A DNA stretch of 64,000 bases from Candidatus Marinacidobacterales bacterium (GTDB taxonomy: Bacteria > Acidobacteriota > Vicinamibacteria > Marinacidobacterales > DATDRI01): the NCBI GenBank assembly GCA_965226495.1, contig OZ245365.1, positions 992,001 through 1,056,000 on the forward strand, written 5' to 3'. Below, one piece after another: positions 19,932-27,996 of this stretch; the first letter of the stretch is position 1; every line of letters starts with the position of its first letter. The notes beneath the pieces are model-generated. The model was not told the DNA's origin. It did not search any database and saw only the letters and a list, made by a program, of their open reading frames with translations. The position numbers and the translations under genes are program-made.

Positions 19932-20204
19932 CTGGAGCTTTTTGGGGCGTTCTTTGGCACCGGCTACTTGTCCGGCTTTGGCGTGATCAGCGCCGAGCTC
20001 TTTCCGACCCGCATCCGGGCAACGGCGCAGGGGTTAACCTATAACATTGGAAGGGTGGCAAGCGCTGCCGCTCCTTTTGTGGTGGGCACACTGGCCGAGA
20101 CGTATGGGCTCGGGATGGCGTTCAATGTGACCGCGGCGGCCTTTCTCTTCTCCGCCGCACTCGCCGCCTTCCTTCCCGAAACGCGGGGTAAGGAACTCGA
20201 GTAA
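19932..20204 (+). pseudogene. Duplicated 3' remnant of the MFS gene (direct repeat copy 2)
   Basis: About 97% identical to 18162-18434. No 5' part or promoter. Confidence 0.95.
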
Positions 20205-20280
20205 GCGCCCTCGAGGCCGCCCGACTTCACTCGGGATGTTCTGACTAGCAAAACTCGGTCGCTCACGCGTCCACAGGACA

Positions 20281-23200
20281 CTAGAGACTCAACTTCTTTT
20301 GTAGCTCCTGAACGACGGGGGCTGGATTCTGTCCCTCGAGAGCAGCCCTGGTCGCCTGCTCGACGATGTCCTCGAGCTGCAGAAGGGCCGCATAGGCTCT
20401 TGTTGCGTCCATCGTTGCATCGAGAATTCCCTGTCGAGTTTCTTGCGCCTTTGATTGAAGCGAGACGTTCATGTAAGCCTTCAACACGTCTCCGATCTCG
20501 GCTCCAGTCTGCCTCGTCATGCGTGACAAGAAATCGACGCCGGCGCGGTTGACAAGATGATTGACCGCGGCGGTGCTGATGATCTCACGGCGCAGTGGAT
20601 GCTCGGTGAAGTGCTCCGCGAAGGCCTCCCGCAAGGGGGCGGGGAAGTAACCTTCCAGGAACGGCGCGCCCTCCGGGGTATCGGGGAAATCCGTCTCGAC
20701 GATCTGCCTGTACGCCCAGATCTTGACGTGGCCAAGCACGAGCGCAAGCAATGGTCGCGGCAGACCGCGATGCCTCTGCGCACTGTCGAGGAGGTGTCTC
20801 CGTCGCGGCACGGCATCGTCCTGGCGGTTGAGAATACCGGCGGTGACGAGCTCTTCGATGAGTGCCGTAAAATCTTCGTATCGGGCAGCGCTGCGTATTC
20901 CGTCGAGAGTCAGAGTGAGTGCCTGTCGAGCGTTATCGATCAAGACCAGCCTTGCCACGTCCTCTGTCATCTCCAAAAACAAGCGATCCCGTTCGGCCCG
21001 ATTCTCGATGACACCCTTCTTGACCAGCATGTCCATCAGGATCTTTATGTTCACTTCGTGATCGGATAGGTCGACTCCGCCGGAGTTATCAACGGCGTCG
21101 GTGTTGATGAGCCCTCCTCCTTTCGTCCAGTACTCGAGCCGAGCCTTTTGAGTGAAGCCCAAATTTCCGCCTTCGCCGACCACCCGGGCCCGAATGTCGC
21201 AGCCGTCGACACGGAGGCGGTCGTTGGTGCGGTCCCCCACACTGATGTTGTCTTCACTCGAGGCTTTGACATACGTCCCGATACCGCCGTTGTACAAGAG
21301 ATCGACGCGCGACGTCAGTATCTTGCGGATCATCTGCTCGCCACTCATCCGATCGTGCGAGATCCCGAGGAGTGACTTCATCTCGGGACTTGCCGGAATG
21401 CTCTTATCAGACCGATCGAACACACCACCCCCCGGACTGATGAGGGAGGAGTCGTAATCGCGCCAGCTCGAACGCGGCAATCGAAACAGCCGCTCTCGCT
21501 CAGCATGACTCCGGTCGGGGTCCGGATTTGGATCGATGAAGATGTGCATGTGATTGAAGGCGGCGACCAGCTTCATGGTTCGAGACAAGAGCATGCCGTT
21601 GCCGAAGACATCACCGGCCATGTCCCCTATCGCGGCGGTGGTGAAAGAATCCTTGTTGACGTCGACGCCGAGGTTGGCGAAGTGATGCTTGATGCACTCC
21701 CAGACACCCCGAGCGGTGATGGCAACTTTCTTGTGGTCGTAGCCGATACTTCCTCCCGATGCAAAGGCGTCTCCCAACCAGAAGCCGTAGTGCTTGGCCA
21801 CCGCGTTGGCCGTATCGGATAGATGCGCCGTGCCCTTGTCGGCGGCAACGACCAAGTAAGGGTCGTCGTCATCATGTCGGACCACCTCGGGCGGATGACA
21901 CATTTCACTGTCAACCACGTTGTCCGTTACGTCGAGGAGCCCGGAGATAAACTCACGGTAACGCTCGGCGAGGTAACCGTCGAGGCCGGGGCGTGGCGGG
22001 AGTGACCCTTTAAGGACGAATCCACCCTTCGAGCCGACAGGTACGATGATCGAGTTCTTTACCATCTGGGTCTTCATGAGGCCCAAGACCTCGGTACGGA
22101 AGTCATCGTGCCGATCGCTCCATCGAATACCGCCCCGGGCAATCCGCCCGCCGCGAAGATGGATCCCCTCGAGTCGCCGGGAGTGAACGTAAATCTCGTA
22201 CATGGGTTTCGGGGAGGGCATGCCTTCTACTTTGTGGCTGTCCACCTTGATGCTCACCACCAGACGCTCGGGGCTTTGGTAGAAGTTGGTTCGAACGGTT
22301 GCCGAGATAAGGCTTCCGAGTGCGCGGAGAACCTCGTCCTCAACGAGACTCCGTACGGCATCGAGGGCCGTCTGGAGCTCTGCCTCGGCCCGTTCGGTAC
22401 CCTTGCTCCGCCCGCCTTCAATCTGGGGGTCGAAGCAGGCTTCGAAAACGTGAAACAAAGCCCGTGCCACGTCCGCGTTCCGAAGAAGGACGCCGTTTAC
22501 GGTCTCAACGTTGTAATGCGGCCGTATCTGCTGCAGATGGTTTCTATAAGTGCGCAGCACCTCGACTTGGCGCCAGTTGAGTTCTGCACGCAAGACGAGA
22601 ATGTTGAGCGTGCCGTCGCTGGCACGCTCCTCGTCCAGAGCCCGCAGGGCATCTGTGACGCGATCGCATCCCTCGATCAGCGCTTGGATGTCCTTGGCAT
22701 CGTCCTCGATTTCGTATCGGTATAGGTGCGCGGTCTGCCCGTCAGGCAGCTGGATGGGGATGTGGAGCTCGCCCGTGACCTTCAGTCCCAGGTTACCGAG
22801 CGTGGTGAGGATCTCGATGAACCCCAAGGGTTTCAGAGCATAAACCTTGAGCGTGGCGTGCTCCGGGCTGCGAGGAACGACGGCGACCTCGAGCCTCCCC
22901 TCGAGGGCGTCGAGGTGCTTCACGTCGAAGGGGACTTCGTGCGGCGGCGTAGCCTCACGATAGAGGCCGCTGCGCGTTTCGCGCGTCACCCAGCGTTGCA
23001 GAAGCCGGCGTCCCTCCCTTTCGCCGAATGCCGCGGTGAGGTGTCGGGAAACGGCCTCCGGCCAGGTGGTGAGCAACTGCTCGGTGATCTGAAGGATTTC
23101 ATCTTCATTGAGAGCTCGGTCCATTCGGTTGAGATCGAAGTAGAAGAACACCACCTGCACAGACTCGGTATCTTCGGACGTGGTGAACGTAATGGGGCCG

Positions 23201-24585
23201 AATCTCTGGCTTAGCGCGCGCCGCAGATTCTCTTCGAGCTCGTAAGAGTAACGCAGCTTCGAGAACGCGAGGTAAAGCGCGACGTAACCCGTGCCGATGC
23301 GATGGTGAACCGCGATTTCGTCATCACCTGTGATCTGAATGATACGATTCAGGAACGGAAGGAGCTCTTCGACGGGAGCGTAGAAAAGCTCGCGACGCGG
23401 TAGGCGATTGAAGAGCGAGCGGATTTGACGGAAGGCATTGGACATGGTCACCGCGCCACTCTGCTCCAGGATCTGTGCTTGCTTCTGTCGGAGAATCGGT
23501 ACCAGCGTGGCTCGCTGGGCAAAAGACCCTTGGGAGAAGCGACCAAGAATGAGTGTGGACTTCTCCAGCCCGCCGTTCTCATCCCAGTGTCGGACCACGA
23601 GGTAATCGATGGGTTCGAGATGGTAGATCGCGGATGCGTTACTGCAGAAGTCGATCTCTATGATCCGCTCATCCTGTTGCATGGGCAGGAGCCTACGCTC
23701 GACTTCCTCGACCAATCCAGGGAAGACCACCGGCAAGAGCGTCGGGTCGCGAAATACTCCAAACGCTCCTTCCGGCGTGCGGTGCGGTAGCGCGTCGGGC
23801 CCAATCCGATAGCTGGCCATCCCCATCAGGATGAAGTTCTCGTCGAGCAGCCAATTTAGGAAATCTCGGGCCGGCTCGAGGTTGGCGTTCGGGCCTTCGC
23901 CTCGGCGGGTGTGGAGCCGCTCCGACACGGAATGCACGTGCCGCAACATTTCTTGAAAGTCCTCGAGGGCGAGGAAAACGCACTTGAGCACGCAAAAGAT
24001 CTCGTGTTGGAGGTGGCGCAGGCGTTCTTTCGACTCAATATGTTCGATGCGAAAACGACAGAGGAGCTCTTTGTCACCCTCGGCTTGAGCATCGCCAATC
24101 CAAACGATCCGCTCCCACTGGCGCCGAACGGTGACGATCGGATGGATGGCAGAGAAGACCCGGAGTCCGGCCTTCCGGAAGTAGTTCTTCAAACCATCGA
24201 AGACGAAGGGGGCATCGGGCGTATGGGTCTCGACGATGGTCGTATCCATCGGCATTTCCTTGCCACGGACCGTGTGTAAAACTTCATTTTCGCCCGAGCT
24301 TCGTGCCATAACGTGCAGTCCCGGCACGCCTCGATAGAGTTGGTTCGGAGGAGGAAGCTCCTCGACGAAGAATCGGTAATTGTCGATTAGCCGATCGGCG
24401 AGCTCCGAAGCCGCGACGCTCTGGGCCATCCAGTCGGGAAGGGCCGCATAGACCACGCGAGAAAAGGAGTCCAGCAGCTCCGGGTTGGTGTCCGGGGCGC
24501 GATCCTTGAGTCGGCTTAGAATCTGTTCGAGTTTCCGGACTTTTTCCGACGGAGTGAAGTGGCTCATTGCGTCCGGTCCCGCCAT
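20281..24585 (-). CDS. Large NAD-specific glutamate dehydrogenase
   Basis: ARGGIRWSDR, QMVKNSIIVPVGSKGGF, YLVVAADKGTA, FASGGSIGYDHKK, GDMAGDVFGNGML, NTDAVDNSGGV. Confidence 0.95.
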   Translation of the reverse strand: MAGPDAMSHFTPSEKVRKLEQILSRLKDRAPDTNPELLDSFSRVVYAALPDWMAQSVAASELADRLIDNYRFFVEELPPPNQLYRGVPGLHVMARSSGENEVLHTVRGKEMPMDTTIVETHTPDAPFVFDGLKNYFRKAGLRVFSAIHPIVTVRRQWERIVWIGDAQAEGDKELLCRFRIEHIESKERLRHLQHEIFCVLKCVFLALEDFQEMLRHVHSVSERLHTRRGEGPNANLEPARDFLNWLLDENFILMGMASYRIGPDALPHRTPEGAFGVFRDPTLLPVVFPGLVEEVERRLLPMQQDERIIEIDFCSNASAIYHLEPIDYLVVRHWDENGGLEKSTLILGRFSQGSFAQRATLVPILRQKQAQILEQSGAVTMSNAFRQIRSLFNRLPRRELFYAPVEELLPFLNRIIQITGDDEIAVHHRIGTGYVALYLAFSKLRYSYELEENLRRALSQRFGPITFTTSEDTESVQVVFFYFDLNRMDRALNEDEILQITEQLLTTWPEAVSRHLTAAFGEREGRRLLQRWVTRETRSGLYREATPPHEVPFDVKHLDALEGRLEVAVVPRSPEHATLKVYALKPLGFIEILTTLGNLGLKVTGELHIPIQLPDGQTAHLYRYEIEDDAKDIQALIEGCDRVTDALRALDEERASDGTLNILVLRAELNWRQVEVLRTYRNHLQQIRPHYNVETVNGVLLRNADVARALFHVFEACFDPQIEGGRSKGTERAEAELQTALDAVRSLVEDEVLRALGSLISATVRTNFYQSPERLVVSIKVDSHKVEGMPSPKPMYEIYVHSRRLEGIHLRGGRIARGGIRWSDRHDDFRTEVLGLMKTQMVKNSIIVPVGSKGGFVLKGSLPPRPGLDGYLAERYREFISGLLDVTDNVVDSEMCHPPEVVRHDDDDPYLVVAADKGTAHLSDTANAVAKHYGFWLGDAFASGGSIGYDHKKVAITARGVWECIKHHFANLGVDVNKDSFTTAAIGDMAGDVFGNGMLLSRTMKLVAAFNHMHIFIDPNPDPDRSHAERERLFRLPRSSWRDYDSSLISPGGGVFDRSDKSIPASPEMKSLLGISHDRMSGEQMIRKILTSRVDLLYNGGIGTYVKASSEDNISVGDRTNDRLRVDGCDIRARVVGEGGNLGFTQKARLEYWTKGGGLINTDAVDNSGGVDLSDHEVNIKILMDMLVKKGVIENRAERDRLFLEMTEDVARLVLIDNARQALTLTLDGIRSAARYEDFTALIEELVTAGILNRQDDAVPRRRHLLDSAQRHRGLPRPLLALVLGHVKIWAYRQIVETDFPDTPEGAPFLEGYFPAPLREAFAEHFTEHPLRREIISTAAVNHLVNRAGVDFLSRMTRQTGAEIGDVLKAYMNVSLQSKAQETRQGILDATMDATRAYAALLQLEDIVEQATRAALEGQNPAPVVQELQKKLSL

Positions 24586-24722
24586 CGATCCGCGTGGCGC
24601 AGCGCGCTCATGGAAAAGTTACATTTCAGTATGGCACGAAAGCAAGCCGGTGTGAATCCGCTACCAGTATTGGGATGGAAACAGCTGCTCTCTGACAGCG
24701 CGGGATATTCTAAGAAGTCTCT

Positions 24723-25070
24723 CTATCCGGCTACCGGCTCGTGGCTAGCGCCGGGTGCGCCGTGCAATACGGCCACGAAGACCAGTTCGTCCGTCACGGC
24801 GAGGACCGAATGCTCTTCGCCCCTTCCGAAGATCAACATGCTATTGGGACCGGCACTTTGTTGCGTGCCGTCCCGTCCCGTGAAGACCCCCTCTCCCTTA
24901 AGCACCACCACATGGACGGGAGAGTGTGCGAGGTGGGGTTTGATCTTCTGTCCTTTGATCAACGCAAAGCGGAGCGTCCTACTCTCGTCATCGGCGTAGA
25001 CCGCCCGTGCCTCTGCGTGTTCGCTGCCTTTGCGGAAATCCAGGTTGTCGAGTAGTTGAAAGTATTCCAT
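24723..25070 (-). CDS. Cupin domain protein
   Basis: GQKIKPH...VLKGEGVF...GEEHSV. AAGGAG RBS 7 nt before the ATG at 25070. Confidence 0.75.
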   Translation of the reverse strand: MEYFQLLDNLDFRKGSEHAEARAVYADDESRTLRFALIKGQKIKPHLAHSPVHVVVLKGEGVFTGRDGTQQSAGPNSMLIFGRGEEHSVLAVTDELVFVAVLHGAPGASHEPVAG

Positions 25071-25096
25071 GGGCAAACTCCTTAATTTGTCGAAAA

Positions 25097-26164
25097 TTAA
25101 TCGAGCCGTCGCAGCTCGTCTTCGACAAAGGCCGAAACGGCTTCGTAGGGAAGGGCCCCGCTAGGAGCGGGAATTCCGTTAACGAAAAGGGCCGGCGTTC
25201 CGGTGACCCCCACCATTCCGCCCGCCCGCATATCCTTCTGCACTTGCTCGGCGTGTTTCCCAGAATCCAGGCAGTGGTCGAACTCCGTTCGATCGAGCTC
25301 CAGTCGACCGGCCTTCTCCTTGAGCGCCGCGACGTCGAGGCGGGATTGGTCCTCGAATAGCAGATCGTGCATCGGCCAGAATTTGTCTTGGTCACCCGCG
25401 CACAGGGAGGCCTCTGCGGCTTTCGGAGCGTTGGCGTGGATGCTCAAAGGAAACTGGCGGAAGACGAGACGCACTTGGTCGCCATATTTTTTCTTGACCT
25501 CGTCGAGGGTTGCTACGAATTGACTGCAGAAGGGGCACTCGAAGTCCGAGAACTCGACGAGGGTGATGGGTGCGTCACTCGGGCCCATACTCGGGAACCC
25601 TTCGCTGTTCAGATTCACGCGATAAGGCTGGATCAGATACTCCACGTCCCGTTGCTCCGCCAGCTTCCGCACGAACTCTTGTTGCGCTCGGACCGTCTTT
25701 TGTTCGGTTAGAAACTTGTGGATTTGGGGGAACACATCCTGCAAGGCTTTCCCACCCAGCCGCGCCTGGTTTTCCTGGTGCCACGCGCTGACATCGTCGG
25801 CGCTTACTTGCGCATTGGGTTGAACCTCTGCCGCGAAGAGATCTCTCGGGGTGATCCCCCGCTTTTTCGCTTCGTCCTCCATCAGGCGGCCAGATACGAT
25901 TTCCTCTACCGTGGACTCGATGATTTGATAACGCTGACCTTGATACTGAGCCTCCATACCGCCAAGTCGGTCCCCGACGCGCTCTTCGAGGTCCGCCTGA
26001 GTCACCGGGGAGCCATCGATCGTGGCCAAGACGTCCGGCGTTTCGGAGGAAGCGGCCTGGGCCGAGGGGGCAGGTTGGCCCTGAGAGCAGCTTGTCCAAG
26101 TTGTCAGGGTTGTCAGGGCTGTCAGGCTTGCCACGACCAGAAGCGAATCGTGTTCTATCTTCAT
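25097..26164 (-). CDS. DsbA/thioredoxin-fold lipoprotein with SurA-like N-terminal region
   Basis: EFSDFECPFC, FRQFPL, GVTGTPALFVNG. Lipobox-like TSC. Confidence 0.88.
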   Translation of the reverse strand: MKIEHDSLLVVASLTALTTLTTWTSCSQGQPAPSAQAASSETPDVLATIDGSPVTQADLEERVGDRLGGMEAQYQGQRYQIIESTVEEIVSGRLMEDEAKKRGITPRDLFAAEVQPNAQVSADDVSAWHQENQARLGGKALQDVFPQIHKFLTEQKTVRAQQEFVRKLAEQRDVEYLIQPYRVNLNSEGFPSMGPSDAPITLVEFSDFECPFCSQFVATLDEVKKKYGDQVRLVFRQFPLSIHANAPKAAEASLCAGDQDKFWPMHDLLFEDQSRLDVAALKEKAGRLELDRTEFDHCLDSGKHAEQVQKDMRAGGMVGVTGTPALFVNGIPAPSGALPYEAVSAFVEDELRRLD

Positions 26165-26180
26165 GTCTCTCCTTTGGCGA

Positions 26181-26606
26181 TTACTGGGCCTCTGCGATCA
26201 GGATACTTCCGTCGCCGCGTATAGCGATTCGCTGACCCGTCTTCAATGTGTCGAACTCCTCCGGCTCGATGAAAACGATGGGAACTCGTTGCCCGTACAA
26301 CTCATCCGCCACGATGGCGGCCAGAGACAAAAACGCCTCGATACGATTACATATGATCGCAGCGGGAGCGGTATTCGCCTTGACCGATTCTACTAGAACG
26401 GCGGTCGTGGTGCTCGAGCCGCGAGTGAAAGGAATTCCGAGGATTTTTCCTGCCGCGACTTTTCCGTTCAATGGATGACGTCGATCGATAATGGAGCCGT
26501 CGCGATGATCGTATCCGCCCCAGAAGCTCAGGGGCTCGGAACTAATGAGCGCCTCACCGGATGCCGCTCCAGCGACCAGCGGCTTCGCTTGGATCACTCT
26601 TTCCAT
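26181..26606 (-). CDS. Aconitase X small (swivel) subunit, DUF126
   Basis: PLSFWGG.D...G.IID..HPL, RGSST. Start at MERVIQ overlaps the large subunit. Confidence 0.88.
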   Translation of the reverse strand: MERVIQAKPLVAGAASGEALISSEPLSFWGGYDHRDGSIIDRRHPLNGKVAAGKILGIPFTRGSSTTTAVLVESVKANTAPAAIICNRIEAFLSLAAIVADELYGQRVPIVFIEPEEFDTLKTGQRIAIRGDGSILIAEAQ

Positions 26607-27853
26607 AGCGACTCGTCTCTCACCACGTAGCCGGCGACAGCGGATTGAACGCAATCCACGAGGCTACCGAAGACCATTTGGGTGTCCAGCATTCCCGGGG
26701 CGTAGTAAGCGTACTTCGCGGAATTGGTCATCAAAACTTTCACGGACTCGGGAAGCATCGGTGTGGCTAGAATGCAGGTGTCCACCGTTACCCGACCGCC
26801 GAAGTTCTCGAGTGGCTGGAGAACTCCCCGTTGTTTTGCTAGGCCTCGCATGGCGCGGCTGGATGTCACGAGGAACTCCACATCGGGGTGACGCCGCTGG
26901 CCTTCGACAAGAGGCGCTAGCCGCTCGAACTCGGCGAAGGAGAAATGAGGACTGCCGAGCACGATCATGTCCAACTTCTCGCCTTTTGTGGTCGACAGCT
27001 GTTCCCAGGTGGCGCGAAGCCGTTGGGGAGTGATCTCGATGACTTGCTCTGGGTCTTTGCCTTGAAGGGCAGCGTCGAGCGTAGGCGCCTCGGGCGTTAC
27101 GCCGACGATATGGAAGAGAGCCACCGCTCCCGACGAGGATGCCGCGGCGCAGAGTGCTTTGAGCTGGTCTTCGCCCGGCGTGACTTCGATGCCTGTGACG
27201 ACCGGGATCCGGTCTCCGGCAACTTCGCCCATGAGGTGCCCTAGTACCGCGTAGAACGAATCGTCTTCCTGCAACTGGTGAGGGACGTCGACGAGGCGCA
27301 TCAGCAGCTGGCCGGCGCGGTTTTCAACTAGGTGGAGCCCGCTCGCGGGTACCCGGCCGGTGACCGCGGCGCAGATGTCCAGAAAATCTGGGTAGCGCTC
27401 GGTGCGGGCTCCGAGAACTGAGTTCGCGAAGGCGATCGCGTTCGATTCGCCCCAGGCTATTTGTTGGCCCAGCTTGGGTGCCGCATCGGTCTGATAGGGT
27501 GCGCAGGTCCAGGTCGGCTGACAGCCCATCTCTTCGTAGGCGACCATCTGGCGGTGGGCTTTTTCTGCCCAATCGGCTGGCACATTCCATTCCCGCCACT
27601 GATGCTCATCGAGCCCGCTGACGTTGAGCGTTGTTGGCACCGAGACCTTCGCTCCGAGGCTCACCAAGCGTTCCGCGAATTCGAGTCCCGCATCGCCGAT
27701 ATAGATCGCGCTATCGATGTGGGCCTGGGTGATATTCATCATCTCCTCGGCCCCATAGACCTCCGCCATACGCATCAGGATGGTCATGGCCATCCGAGCT
27801 CCGGCTCCGTGCTTACCCTCTAGAAGGGCGCGGTCTCGGTCATTCAGCCGCAT
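26594..27853 (-). CDS. Aconitase X catalytic subunit, DUF521
   Basis: AHIDS, VPTTLN, TWTCAPY, AWGESNAIAFANSVLGART, FHIVGVTPEA, DTC, TNSAKYAYY. Confidence 0.9.
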   Translation of the reverse strand: MRLNDRDRALLEGKHGAGARMAMTILMRMAEVYGAEEMMNITQAHIDSAIYIGDAGLEFAERLVSLGAKVSVPTTLNVSGLDEHQWREWNVPADWAEKAHRQMVAYEEMGCQPTWTCAPYQTDAAPKLGQQIAWGESNAIAFANSVLGARTERYPDFLDICAAVTGRVPASGLHLVENRAGQLLMRLVDVPHQLQEDDSFYAVLGHLMGEVAGDRIPVVTGIEVTPGEDQLKALCAAASSSGAVALFHIVGVTPEAPTLDAALQGKDPEQVIEITPQRLRATWEQLSTTKGEKLDMIVLGSPHFSFAEFERLAPLVEGQRRHPDVEFLVTSSRAMRGLAKQRGVLQPLENFGGRVTVDTCILATPMLPESVKVLMTNSAKYAYYAPGMLDTQMVFGSLVDCVQSAVAGYVVRDESLWKE

Positions 27854-27996
27854 TGGCGTGGATTTTTGCAAATAGCCTCGTTTGGAGCCTGTTGGACTCC
27901 TCCCAGGATAGCAAACACTCTGCCAGCGCACACGCTCCGGTCGGAGTTTCTCAGCGGGGCTTTCTCGCCCGGCGCGTGCGGGCTACAATCGTCACC

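Noticed and set aside
18162-20204. MFS repeat pair as a DGR template/variable repeat
   Set aside because: Mismatches are not adenine-specific and no reverse transcriptase is present.
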